Assembly (NCBI GenBank): GCA_036172245.1
Contig: JAYWIR010000024.1
Coordinates: forward strand, 1,612,001-1,676,000
DNA: 64,000 bases
Origin: Raillietiella orientalis
Lineage: Eukaryota
Reading direction: 5' to 3'
The notes beneath the pieces are model-generated. The model had not been told where the DNA came from. It saw only the letters and a program-made list of their open reading frames with translations, and did not search any database. The translations under genes and the position numbers were made by a program. Of this stretch, positions 11,001-23,949 are shown in pieces (position 1 is the first letter of the stretch; each line of letters begins with the position of its first letter).

Positions 11001-12694
11001 CGGGGGACGCCCTCGGAAGAGAAGCAGAGGGAGAGCGCGCCGCAGGAGCATCTGCACCTCGCTCTCCTCTCCCTCCTGCTCCTTCCCGACGGGGAGAGAG
11101 CGGGAGGGAGACTCCCTTCTGCGCGCTTCTTTGCCCTCTGATTTTCCTCCGGCCATTATCTCCCGGCACGCTGGGAGCCGGCAACTCTGCGTCCCGAGGA
11201 CACCGTCACCGCGGAGGGCTCGCCGGGAGCACGTGGGAGACGGGGAAGGGCGCGTGTGCGCCGAGGGTGTGAGCCTTCCCTTCCCCCCTTCCTCCCGCTC
11301 CGTAAGCGCTCTCGCCGCGAGAGTCGGGAAGGAGGACGAACAGCGAGACGCGTTCCTCTTCCTTCGTCCTCCGTCCAGGTGACCCAAGGACCCTGGGAGT
11401 GGCTGCAGCTGCAGCCGAAGAGCAGGGGGGGGGGGGGAACCGGGCCCGGATTCGTTCTCTCCGGCAGGGAGTGGTCTCCGAGGCCATCGGTTCGGACGCT
11501 GCTCCTGGCACAAGGTCATTCCCCGCCGGGCAGGGAGTGCCAGGGAGCTCGTGGGGTGGGGTACTTCCAAATGGGAGAGTGCGAGGGGGGAAGGACCGTG
11601 ACTTGGGGCACCAGTGCACGCCCCGGAGGCCCGGTTCTGTGTAGCAGGGAGGACGAGGCGCTGACCGAGGCGCCGGACAGATCGTAGGCGCAGTGGCGCC
11701 CGGAGTAGCGGCACCGCCAAAGGAGGAGGGAAGGGAAAAGGGACGGGTCCGAGGGGACCCCCTGTGGGACATCTACCTTCCACGTATCCGTCCGGAACTC
11801 GGCGCGCCCCGGCATGGAGTGGAACAGCGGCCAGAGGGTACCATTGCAGCAGCCATTGTAGTAGGCATCGAAGAGTTCCTGGGAGATGTCCACGGGGACG
11901 ATCTGGGGAGGAGAGCGTGCTGAGGGGTGCGGCCGCGTCCGACCCCCTTACGGGGCAGTCGGAGGAGAGCGGGCAGAGGGGGGTTCAGCGTCCTCCCTCG
12001 GAGACACACCTGTCGGGAGAGCAGCTTGGCGGTGGGCGCTTTGCAGCCCGGCGGGGACTCCGGGATGGGCTCGTCCGGATCGGAGAGGTGCATCCCGGGC
12101 CATCCTACCCACAGCCCGTTGCAATCGGATACCACCGGTGCCACTGCAGTCACCAAGCCTCCGGCGCTGCAGGAGGGGAGGGAGAAAAACAGGAACGTTA
12201 GGGGACACCAGGGCGTCCTCTTGGGAGGAGGAAGAGAAGGAGAAAAGGAGGAGGAGAATGAAGAGGAGAAGGAGGAGGAGGGAAAAGGGAGGAGGAGAAG
12301 ATCAGAATGCCACGCCACGAAAAAGAGCGCGCACACCTTGCGCACGTGATGGCTCGTACGTGCTAGGCGTAGATGGCAGCTCCGCCATTCACCTCTTCTG
12401 CAGCTCTCCCCTGCGGGGCAGTCTCCGGCCCCTCCTTCCGTTACCCTCCTCTCCCTCCTTTTCATGACTCTCCTCTCCCTCCCTTCCCCCTCTTCTGCCC
12501 CCCTCCCGGCTGCAGCGATGGGCTCTCGCGGACCGGGGCCGATCGAGGCCTTCCCTATCCCCCTCTTCCCCCTTTTCTTCCAGGTCCCGAGCCGACACTT
12601 GCCTGGTCTTCCTCTCCAGCTTCCCGGTGCGCGGGTTCCTCTGCAGGACGAACGGCAGCCGGTTGGACACCACCAGGAGTCTCACGTCCTCCAT
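8006..12694 (-). CDS. Tps1: Bifunctional-type trehalose-6-phosphate synthase/phosphatase, paralogue A (GT20 TPS + HAD TPP domain; TPP site degenerate), 6 coding exons, 812 aa
   Basis: Minus-strand exons 12694-12603, 12166-12010, 11902-11777, 10451-10305, 10236-10119, 9804-8006 total 2439 nt and read through without stops. Motifs: VVSNRLP, SAGGLVTAV, YYNGCCNGTLWPLFH, WIHDYQLM, FFLHIPFPPWDIF, GVDRMDYTKG, VPSRTD, LRDGMNLVAKEY, then TPP DYDGTL, SGR, GDD. The first intron needs a GC donor. Confidence 0.95.
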
Positions 12695-15600
12695 GCTGCC
12701 AACTGGTGGACGTCTTTCTGGGGGAACGCCGGGAACAGACGGGAAGGAAGGAAGGAAGGGAGGGAGGGAGGGAGGGAGGGAGGGAGGGAGGTGAGCGAGC
12801 GGGCGGCGCTCCCGAGAGCAGCGACCGACGCACAACCTCTGCGCCGCGACCTTCGCGGTTCCCTGAAGACGGAGTGGAGGAGAGCAGCGCCCGTCAGCGG
12901 ATTGCGGACTGAGTGCGCGCTGCGCGCCGGATCGCGGAGGAATCGCCGGCGTCCTTGGGAGCATTGCCAGGTCTGCCCTCCCTCCTCCCCTCCCCCCCCG
13001 GCGCACCTGCCCCCTGGCGGCATCTCTTGCCTCCCTCTACATCCACGCACACGTGTGTGAGGTGAACCCATCTGTCCACGTGCACTCTTGGTTTGACGAA
13101 GACACCTTGGTGTCTGCAGCGAACACTCCCTTCAGAGTGCTGGAGCGGCGGTGGCAAGATGTTCAGAGGGAGGACTCTCCGTTGCACCCCCCATCCGCGA
13201 GGTCAGCTCCCTTCTCGGGGTCGCCTTGTCTCCGAGGAGGGAGGAAGCAAAGGAGGAGGAGGAGGAGGAAACTCTGATGGTGATGGGTGGTCTTCCTCAT
13301 CGCCCCTTCGCGGAGGGTGAGGAGGGGAGGAAAGACAGCAGAGAGCCTCGGACGCGCCCGCACCGATGATGTGTCTGACATCTGTGGACCGGACTGCGAG
13401 TTAAGCTGACTGAGCGGCACGTCGCGTAGGGTGCGCGCGCTCTCGATCCTTGCAGCCACAGCGGGGGGGGGGGGGGGACAAGAACGCTGCGAATCCTGTC
13501 CGCGCTTTCTGTTTCCGCCTTCCTCGATCCCTTGTAGCCGCCGGCAGGCTCCTCGCCAGCCTCTTCCATCCCCACCATCAAATGCGCTGAGATACCTCCG
13601 TGTCAAGCCCGACCCAGGGTGTGCCTTCGGGAGGATCCGTCCTCGGTCAGCCTCACGTCACCTCCCTCGTCCGAGATGTGGTGGAGAACGGCCTCTCGTC
13701 CTTCTGGGTGCAGCCTCGCCCGAGACGTGATGCAGGGGTCAGGGCTGAGACTTTGATGGGAGCGCCCGCGTTCCCCCTGGTGAGATGCCGGAAAGATGAG
13801 AAAGGGGGAGCAAGCGGGCTCGAAGTCGCCCCTCCCGGTCTCCGTGAAACTCTTCCTCGGTCATCATTCTTCCTTCGGGGAAGGAGCGTCGGTGATGGAG
13901 CTCCTGCGGTTGAGTCTCCGCCGAGTCCTTTAGGGTCTGCCCAGGAAGGGACGGGACTTCCTCCTGGAGGAGGTGCTTCAAAAGGGGCACTCCGCCCTCT
14001 GAGCATCCACGCCCTCCTCCGCAGCGAGACGTCCCTCCTTCCCTCCTCCCTCCCGACCTGCTTCAGAGTTTTTTTTCGAACGGCCAGCTTGCGACGGGCC
14101 GCTGCCCTCGCGTCACTGCTCGACGGCCGACAAGGCGAAGAGCTTCTGCAAGCTCTCGCAGATGGCGGCAGCGGGAGCTTCGCTGCGGCGTCGGCGGCGA
14201 AAGGATAATTTTTTCCGCACGGAGGCAGCACCCTCCACTCCACTTCCCAACAACGCCGCCGGATGGCGATCGGCTGTGGAAGCAGACAGACCAGATCCTG
14301 CTGCGAGACGAGGCGGATAGCGCAGGTGGGGCAGGCCGAGGGCTTCGTGGTCCTCTCCCCGGCGTTGAGCTCCCTCCTCTCTCCTATGCAGATTCGCTTG
14401 CTCCCCTCCTCATCTCTTGGGTGCGCCCGTCTCCAGTGCCGAACCCGGGTCCTCTCCTGGTCGCCTCTGGCCACTTTTTGCAGGTCCTCAATCGGTGATC
14501 ACAGAAACGAGCCAAAGTTTTCATCACCAGCAGCAGTCACGTCCGGGCAAGGAACCTTTTCAGAAGGTGGTGGACCGACGCCGCCAGCAGTCCCCCAACC
14601 ACGCCGGGCGACTCGTTGAGGATCGAAGAGGCAGCAGAGACCCTTCTCTCTCTCCATCTTCCTTGGGTGGCTCAGGCAGCCAAAGAGAAGCCGTTTCCCA
14701 GGTGATGCATCTCCTGGCGGGAGGGGGAATGCTCTTCTGCAATCGCATTTCATTGCAGAAAAGCACTCCTCCTTCCGAATCACGGCCTTCCAGAGGAGCC
14801 GACACCAGCCAAACCGGGAACGCCCTGCTCCTTCTAGAAGTCATGCGGAGACTGGAGCAGGTTCGGAACGGGACAGACCTTCAAAGGGATTCCAGAGTCT
14901 TCTTTGAACCCCTGCAACCTCCCTAGCCGTGCGGAGAGGGCGCATCCCGCTCTCCCGGTCCATCTCACGAGAGAAGTGGACGTTATGTTGAGTGAAGGGG
15001 AAGCAACGAAGAAAGGAGACGCGAGTCGAAGGTGCCTCAGCTTCGAGAGAAACCTGGGAGTCCAGTCTGATCTTCTTTCTCATTAGGTGGCCTCTGGTAT
15101 GTTGGAGGGCCATTCTCGGTCAGCGACCTGCACCCTCCCTCCTCCTCTTCTTCTTCTTTTTCTCCTTCTCCTCTTCTTCATCATCGTCTTCCTCCTCTTC
15201 TTCTTGCTCTCTCTCTCTTTTTCCTTCTCCCGTTTTCTTCTTCTGCTCCCTTCCTATGTGTGTCTGGTCGTGGGTTCATTTTGGGCTGCAACTCGGCTCC
15301 CCATCTTCGACCCTAGCAGCAGCCCAAGCATTGCTCTCCCCAGGTAATCGCGCGAGCTGCTGGACTGCATGTAGGCTGTCGTCCGCTGGCAAGAACGACC
15401 TGTCCCCGAGGCCGGGCATTTCGTCCAAGAAAGGAGTTTTGCGAGACACGAGCGGGTGACCCAGGCACTCCCTCCTTCCAGCGCCCGGATGCTTCCGGCA
15501 ATGTTTTTCTTCCAGGTCCTGGGAGTCCCGAACGTCCGGTGTGCCTTTTTCTCTTGGTGGATTCATGGCGGCTGCTTCCGTGCTTCCTGAAGCCTTCAAG

Positions 15601-18549
15601 AGCGCGCGGCAGTGCTGCCGAGTCTTCCAAGTTTCTTCCTCTCTTCTCCTCTCTGTCTCTCCACTGCGTTGGCTTCTCTGGTCAAGGGAGTTCTTTCTCT
15701 TCTGCTCATTGGCTGACCACGACTAGAGTGGCGGCACGTGGTGGGAGGATCAGAGAGGTGGGTCGAGGGCGAAGACCATCAAGTGTCTAGAGGCTGGTCC
15801 GTACTTGAGAAAAATCCAAGCGGAGACCCCATCCGGGCAAGTAGGAAGCCGCTGAATGCCCCTCCGGGAGTATCGATCTCCTCCTCCTCTTCCTTCCCTA
15901 CCGGAAATCCCGAAGATCAGGAAGCTTCTCCCGATGAGCATGGAACCAGAGACCGAGGTTTCCTGGACGAAGCCCGGAAACCCTCGGTCCGAAGCCAGCC
16001 GGCTGCGGCACTGAGCACAGGTGAGGCATCGCTGCCTCAGTCTCGGAGCTTCTCTCCGTCGCAGGATGCCCGGGGCGAGAGAAGGCGCTGATGCGGGGAT
16101 TCCCCGGTTTCTCCGACTAAGAGACGGCCGGGGCCTCGTCCTAGCGACCAGCGCGACTGCCTCCCGCCGCAGCATCCGCATTCGTGTTCCTGAACCGGAA
16201 GACCCGGTGGAAAGGGGCGATCCTTTTCGCAACCGGTCCATCCCCAGTTCACCTTGCCGAACCTGCCTGCTCATTCTGGAAAGACACTTTCCAGGCAGTG
16301 AGCGGCGGAAAGAGGTCTCGGGTGCCTCGCATCTCCGGGGAAATCCCCTGCGTAGTGGATCGCAGCGCCCACCAGCTGTCCGACCGTCGCTGCGTCCGGC
16401 AAGGTGACGTCAGCACCCGCTCATTCCCCCAAGCGGCACGAGGCGGCAGCAACCGCTCCAGTCAGCACTACAAAATTAGAATCGCCCTCAAGGGATGTGC
16501 TTACGAATCCTAGCACCCCACCCGAGCCGTGCAGAGAAAAGCACGGCCCTCATTCGTCCGCGATTGAGGTCTTTCTTCCGCAGAGCGCCCTCCAACCGAC
16601 GCGAACTTTCTTCTCCCTTCTTTGACGTCATTCCTTTTCCTTCGCTCTTTCTCTTCTGTGTTGCAAAACCTCAAGCTGAGGCCAACGATTCCTCCTCCTC
16701 CCTTCCTTCTTTTCTTTTCTTCCTCCCTTCCTCCTCCCTGTCTCCCCTGTTCTGATGGCCTGCGGCGATCGCGCGTCGCCGGCAGAAAAAAGACTTGGAA
16801 CCAATGGTCCTTTCCCCTTAGAGCACTCTTCCGCGCAGAGCAGCGACGGCGTCCTATCCCGACCCCTACCATGCCGGGATGCCGACCGCACCGCAGCCCC
16901 TGCGGCGCTCCAGAGCCGACTCCCGTGTGGGACGGCGCCCAACAGAGGCGGTCAGCTGCCGTGCTTCACCGCTCGACGCGGACCCGGGGCGGTCAGCGGT
17001 TGGCTTCCCGGCCAAACGCCCCGGGAATCCGCTTTATCACTGGTAAGCGTATCCGAGTGCGCCGAGCACGCACGGGTCCGCTTCCTGGAAACGGATGCCT
17101 CCGAAGGAGGGACGCGGAGAATGCAGAAGGGAAAATTCCAGGATGAGGAGATCAGGAGGGAAGGGCAAAAGGAGGAGGAGCTCCACCGTTTCCGGGAAGT
17201 TCCGCATCGCTTGGAGCTTCCCTTCTGGGGACATCGGAACAGCGACCGTTCGGTCAACGGGCGGAGCCTCTCTGCGCACGCCTCATCCCGTGGTCGGACC
17301 CCGGGGACACGGGACTGCGGAGGGATGGCGGCTCTCCCGAAATCCCCACCGGCGCGCTGGAAAGAGCGGGGATGCTGCCTCCCTGCTGGCAGTCTGCCGA
17401 GACGTGCAAACGCGCCCGGCGCAGAGGAAGGCGTCCTCCCGCGCAGTTTCCGGGAGGAGGAGGAGAAAGGACGGGGAAGGAAACGCGTCGTTCCCTTCCT
17501 CCTCCCAGCCTCTTTTCCGTGGCTTCATCCCTCCCTTTCCGCCCTTCAGGAGTGCGAGGACATGCCTTGACCTCTCACGCCCTTGGAGCGGAGGCAAGGG
17601 AGGGGCAGAGCGGGCGGAAGAGCTCGGAGAGCAGCGACCCAGGAGATCCCGAGCGGCAGAGGCTGGAAAGGAAGGTTTCCATTTTCTTCCTGATGACGGG
17701 AAGCTGTGACCGGGGTTCCTCAGCAGGGGTGGTGGCTTTTGAGATCGCGAGGAGCTCCTTGGGGGTGAGAGGTCCTCTCCCCTTTCCCTCTCATCGTTGC
17801 ACTCGAGGGACCTCCGAGACCTCGGGAACGCTCCCTTCCCCAGGACTGGCGCAGGCAGGGGAAGAGCGGCAGGAGGTGGATCCCTCTCTCTCCCTTGGGC
17901 TCGATAGCCCTCCGGGGTCTTCAGGCTCTGTCGGATAGCGCTGCCTGCCGCCGGATTCTCGGTTGGGGCGGAGATGTGGCGGAACTCACTGGAAGGTCGC
18001 GGCCCGCCCACTCGCCTTCGTCCCGTTGTCACGCGCCCGCCGCTTCGTGCGTCGCCTGTCAACGGTGGTGGCCTTCTTCCCTGCTGAGGGCCTCCGGGAG
18101 TCCTCGGCCCCTCCCGCGCGGCGGTGTGATCAGCAGAGAACCGAGCGGCCAGGCACGCGCAAATGCCGCGGACTCCCTGGTGGCGTCCCGGGTTCGGGTG
18201 CGGTGCGCCGATCGCTGCCGGGACACCTACGAGGCCGCAGAACCTGGGCGTGGAGCGCAGACGACGGCGCACTCAGGGTGGTGGGAGGAGAATCCAAGCA
18301 ATCGCCCACCCTTCCTGAACCCAGGGCCTCCTGACGGGAACGCACGCCCGTTCATCCCTGCTGCGCTTGAGTCCTTCCGCGTGCGGCGCTTCCTGCGGTT
18401 CCGCGAGCGCGGGGGAAGCTGGGATTTCACTTGGCGTGGATGTGGGGAGGGATCGCCATGGCAGCGACGGAGGCTGCTGCGGCGGGCGCTGGGTGTGGCC
18501 CACGCGGGGGACTCTGAAGCCTGGCCGTGAAGAACAGAAGCCCTGCCAC

Positions 18550-19010
18550 CCTGTCCTCAGCTTCCCCGTGAGCCAAACCCGAAGGTGCTGCTGCCGAAGG
18601 AGCCCACGGAGAATTTCCCTTCTGCCCGCGGCAGCGACGCCGCGTTTTGCAACGACGAGGAGCAGCCGCCGCCAGTGGGCGGCTCCTGCGAAGATGCCAA
18701 CCGCGTGGGTGGTGGGAGAGCGCCCTCTTCGCCAGCAGCACTCGCCCCACGCACCTCCACGGCCGACTTCATGGCTGAGCAGGGAACGGGGGATCTTCTC
18801 GAGAAAGGACCTTCAACGGCAAGCACGTGAGGCCACCACTCCCCCTCTCTCCTCCTACCGACGTGGTGAATTGACTAATCGCCACCAAAAGCAGATGGAG
18901 GACACTCGAAGAAGAATGAGCAACGCTATTGCCAAAGATCGTTTCTGGGTCACTCCGTGGATCAAGAGACGAGGACGAAGGAGAAAAACCTCTTTGAGCG
19001 CGCTTCCCCC
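18550..19010 (+). mobile_element. Possible decayed LINE 3' end (zf-RVT-like region)
   Basis: AAFCNDEEQPPPVGGSCEDANRV resembles C..C..EE..H....C..A..VW and is followed by a DRFWVTPW tail. The match is weak. Confidence 0.25.
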
Positions 19011-19111
19011 CTGAAGTCCTACCACAGCATCGCCTCCGCCAAATCTCTGTCTTCGTTTGATTACAACGGTTCATTAGGGGTAGTCGAGCTGACAAGCAGG
19101 CGAAGAACGAG

Positions 19112-19500
19112 GGCGCTTTCACTGGGTCGCACAGGGCCGTTTATTTATAAAAAATAAACAGACGCACAGGAGAAAGGAAAAAAAAAAGACTCAGCACACT
19201 GGGAGGACAACAGGCAGCAAGGAGGATCACAAATGGTCAGCAGGAAGGGTAACAAGAAGGCTGCAGGAAGGATAACAAACGGGTAGCAGGGAGAACAATA
19301 ACAAGAAACAGGAAAGGCAAAAAACGTGCAGGAGGAAGGGAAGCAAACAGACTTCTGGAAACGAAGGATTCCTACGCAACACTTGGGGTTCGGGAAGAGG
19401 GAAGGAGTGGTCGACTCGAAGGTCGGCTGCGTTGAACACCAGCGACGGTTAGGGGGAGGAGCCAGAAAGCAAAAGAAAGGAACTAACGGAGAAGGGGACA
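19112..19500 (-). mobile_element. 3' terminus/UTR remnant of the LINE family also found at 53, 57, 60 and 61 kb
   Basis: gctttcactgggtcgcacagggccgtttatttataa (about 19114-19150) matches the terminal motif at 59813-59850, 57102-57135 and 60800-60835. It is followed by a purine-rich plus strand, i.e. a pyrimidine-rich 3'UTR on the element strand. Confidence 0.4.
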
Positions 19501-22166
19501 GGGCAGGAAAGGGATCACCGGCTAGCCAAGGAGAGAAGGAAACTGCCCTCGGAAGGTGCCCGCGCTTCCCTTCCCTCCTTGTTTCAGACGGGGCCACCTC
19601 GCCACGCGGGGGAGGCAGAGGACACAGCCTCCGTCACCGTTGGCACAGCTCCGTGGGGATGCACTCCTTCGGTACGTCAGCGAGGACGCGCGTCTCGCAG
19701 GTTGCCCCGGCGACAGGAGGGCACTGCCGCCTGAAGAAGGGGCACGGAGCTCTCCGGAAGGGGAGGAAGAAGCCACCGGTCGTTCCGTAGGGGCGTGCGG
19801 ACGATCCCTCGAGAGAGCGAGGACGCGAGACCGTGGCCAGGGGAAGGGGAAGATTAAAAACGTGGGCAATCAAGATATGGGCGTTCAGGGACGTCACACG
19901 CCCCAGGACCTTTCTTCATACACCCGCGAGCGAAGGATCGGGAGGTGCTGCTGTGCGCTCTCCTCTGGTCCCGCTTGGTATGTAGACGTCTGCCTGCCGG
20001 CGGGAGGTGGCTGCAAGTCGGTGGAGCGAACGGGAGCGCCGCCGCCGCCCTGGATCACGTGCTTCCTGTAACCTGGAATGCCTCGAAATCGGGAAGAAAA
20101 GCGCCCAGATAGAAAGACGTACTCGTGGACGGACCCGTGCCATGACGGGCGAGGCGAACGGGGCGTGGAGGCGCTGCTCAGAGAGGTCATTCTGCTTGTT
20201 TTTCCCGGTCGCTCGCAATCGTCCCTCCACCTCTCTCCGGCCCGCTGGTTTTCGAAGACGCGATCGTCCTTGCCTCCTCTTCTCTTGCTCCTCTTCCGTT
20301 CTTCCTTTCCTCTTCCTCTTCTGCTCCTTCACCTCCTTTTGTGTTTGTCTTCTGCTGCTCCCCTTCCTCCTACTTCTTCTGTCCTCCCCTTCCCTCCACT
20401 CTTTTTTTTTTTTCCTCTTCTGCTTTTTGCCCCTCCCATCTTTCCCTCCTGGACGTTCTCCGATGACGGCGGCGGAAGGCAAGAAGAGTGAAGAGCAGAA
20501 CCTTCCCGGGCGCTCCCTGCGTCTACGCGACCAGTGCGGGATGACCTGCCGCTTGCTCTCGGTAGCGCCTGCCGTTCAGAGGACGCGGATCCTGCGTGCT
20601 CATCCTCTTCCGGGCGCCTCCGCGTCCGTCGGCCGAGGAGCGATGCGCAGCCGGTTTTCCTCCCAGAGACCTCTGCCCCCTGTGGTGTAGCGTGTCCGCC
20701 TCCCGCGCGGGGAGGCTGCCGCCGCGATCTCTGCAGGAGGGGTGGGTGGGTGGGGGTCCTGTCCTCGTGTCCCAAGCAGAGAGCGAACGGCGGACCTCTC
20801 CGGAGAGCGCACCCGTGAGGGACCCGAATGCTGCAGATTTTCCGATTCCAGTCTCCGGGTGCAGGAGCAGTAGTCTGCGACGGGCAAGCGAGGGGCCGTC
20901 TCCGTGGCCGGGCCGATCCACGCCTTCGAAGCGGTGCGGCCAGAGGGGGGTTTCGCCGCCATCCGTCACGGAGGCAGCTCCTCGCTTGACGGGACGAAGG
21001 AGCGCTCCTTCGTTCCTACCCGTGATCTGCATCCGAAAGAGGAGAGGCTCTTCCTGCTCCGAGCGGAGCGCCACCGAAAGGTGGTGACAAAAGGCAGGTT
21101 GCGCACGCTTTCCTCCTTGCGAGCCTGCGGAAAAGTCGAGCCAAAAAAAGGAGGAAGGGGGGAAAGGGGGGGGGGAGGAGGTTTTCCCTCCCTCCATTTT
21201 TGCGGAGGGAACGTATTCTTTTGTTTCTTCTTCCTCCTCCTCTTCCTCTTTCTCGGTGGACTTGAGTGCGACCGAGCAAACCCGCGGAGGAAGTGTTTAA
21301 TGACGAGACGACGCGTAATTACAGGAATCGAAAGGACGTTCCCTCCCCACGCCTCACACGCGCATTTCTCCAACAGCATTTCATTTGAAAAAAAAAAAAA
21401 AAAGAAAGAAAAATGGAGAGAGAGAGAGGAGGAAAAAAAAGATCCGTTCTTTGACGTGGGAACAAACGAGGCGTTCGTTAGGGCGTCCGTCGATGGGAGG
21501 AAAACCACAAAGCAGCGTAGCAGCCGAACCGGCAGGCCACTCGGTGACCTCCGTCTGAATACATTAATCTGATTAAGAAAAAAAAAAGAAGAAGAGGAAG
21601 AAGAAGAAAAAAAGATAAATAAGCCGATCGTGCTGGCTCGGCACGGATTTTATTTTTACATTCCGAAGGCCTCTCGCTCGCTCGCTCCTGCGATCCGCCA
21701 GCCTCCCCCCCCCCCTCCCCTTCATCCCTTCCCTGTGCACATTTTCTAAAGATACCCGACGGCCCTCCTTCCAGGGGCCAGCTCCTGCAAACCGAAGCGC
21801 AGAACCTGGACACCTCTTTTGCTACCTATTCGCCCCCACACGGCACATAGTAGGTACGGCAGCGGCAGCCCGGATTTTCAAGGTCAATGGGTTGACTGCA
21901 GAGCAGACTTAAATTGTGCAAAGAAGTGCGGATGGGATGGTGAGAGAGAAAGAGAGAGATCAAACGCGCGGCAGCCCTTTTTTCTTTTTCCTCCCTCCCC
22001 CCCCCCCCTTCTCCCTTTTCCTGCACCCGAATACGTTGCTAGGAGACCCCGAATCGGGGCCCTCGGTCGAGGCCGACCCCACGTCAATTCGTGCGTGTTG
22101 CTTGGAAACCCACGGTATCGAATCAAACGAAGGCGCATGCGCCAGGGCTCTCCTGTGCCGCATAAG

Positions 22167-22183
22167 CACGTTTATATCACGTG
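22167..22183. promoter_or_regulatory. ChoRE-like paired E-box (CACGTT-tatat-CACGTG) between the two TPS genes
   Basis: Two E-box-like hexamers separated by exactly 5 bp, one mismatch from CACGTG-N5-CACGTG, which is the architecture bound by Mondo/ChREBP-Mlx. It lies in the intergenic region shared by the divergent TPS genes. Confidence 0.4.
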
Positions 22184-23949
22184 ATGTGTTTTTTTTTTTT
22201 TTTTTTTTTTCTTTTCCTTCTTCTTCCTTTTGGAGAGAGTAGAGATACAGGTTCCGCTAAAAAGGTGTGCGAGTGGCGGCTTCCGTTTTCCGGAGAATTC
22301 GGCGGCACGCAGGAGCAGAGGTGGCATTACTTTCTTTCCCCCCACCCCCACCCCTACACTCCCGTCTGTAGGAGCAGATTATTTTCGAGTGGATTTCCAA
22401 AAGTGAGTTTGGCAAAATGGGGGGGGGAGGAGGAGGGGGAGGAAGGGTCGCGCGGCGGCTTCGCAAGCGCGAAACAATGCTTTTACGCCTGTGCCGGTAT
22501 CGATCGGGAAGGAAGGGGGGGGGGGATCTCCATGGCACCGGCTCCGCGCAACCGGTCCGTCGTGCAGCGGCCGTGCCACGGAATGGAGCCACGCGTTGCG
22601 TGGGCGCCTTTCCCCATCCCCCACCACCCCACCCACCTGTGGTTTTGGCAGGTCGAACCCGCTCCGGTATTTGCAAAAAAAAAAAAAAATCCTTTTCATT
22701 TTTTTTCCTGAGTGTTTTGGTGGATTTTCAGTGAGGGGCGGGCATGCAAGGTGTTTTTGGTTTGATGGGTATGGAGGAGTTGACCCCGTTGACCCACCCC
22801 CCCGCCTCCGCACCCACCCGCGGTTGTTCTTTCCTCAACTGTGTGGATTCTGATTGATAGCTGCAGTACCCCTTTTTCTTCCTCCCCCCCCCCCTTTTTT
22901 TTCCCCTCCTTCTGTCGGTGTTGTTTTTGTGCAGGTTTTGTCCAGGTAGGATGTGTTGTCGGATGTGCACTTGTTATCGGGGGAGAGAGACAGACAGACA
23001 GACATAGGGCGAGGGAGAAAGAGGGGAGAAAAAAAAAAAAAAAAAGAAATTCGTCATGCAGACTTTTCCAGAGCGGGTTACGCTTTTGCTTCACTCCTGC
23101 TGATCGCAAAAAAAAAAGTGAAACCCACTTTTGTTTTTCAAAGTAAAAGTGCACCAGGTATTATTTATTATGATTTTTCTCTCTCGCTCCTGCTTACGGC
23201 TCGGTTTTATGGCTTTCCTGGCACCCAGAAAAGTGTGTTTTGCATTTCCGCTGCGGAGGCACACTCGAGGGTAACAAACCATCGCGCGCGTCACGTGAAA
23301 GGAAGATGGAGAAAGTAGCGCCTTCTTGCAGAAGAAATCCGGCGATCGCTTTCGGGTGGAGGGGCCCTCGGTTCCCCACCGCGACTTCTGGTGATGCTTG
23401 ATTTCCTTTTTCCTTCCTTCCTTCCTTCCTTCCTTCCTCCTCCTCCTCCAACAACCTCCCCTCCCCCCCCCCCACCGACGATGATGGCACAGCTGCGCAT
23501 AGTGCTCGGCAGCCTTCTCCACGATCCGTTGGTTTTCGCGGTTAACACGAGATGGTGTGGTGAGATTCTTATTATATCATCGATTTGGGAATTCGGGTGT
23601 TTTTCCGAAACGGATTCTTTTTGCAATCCTCGCGTGGGTTCGTGCAGTGTGGCAAATAAGCACATTCAGAGTGCTTTCGAGCATTTTATGTGTTCCCCTT
23701 TTGGGTTACCCTGCTGCCGAGTGTTCCCTTCCGTTTTGAAAGTATGCAGTTTTTTTTTTTTTTTCTTTTTTAGAGGAAAGTTCATCTGTTTTGGAAGATT
23801 TTTTTTTTTTTTTTCTCCTTTTTCCCCCTGTTGCTTCTCGTTGCCTTGTGTTTATGTGAACTTTTCAGGTTTAAAAGAGCTTAGTTGTTTGAACCCGAGA
23901 AAGGGATTTTAACAAACTCAGGCGATCCGAGAAGAATTGCGAGTCAGCA

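Noticed and set aside
14200..15600. Possible additional decayed LINE 3' half on the minus strand
   Set aside because: Only faint resemblance (PREKGTPDV, FLSKLRHLRL); too weak to call.
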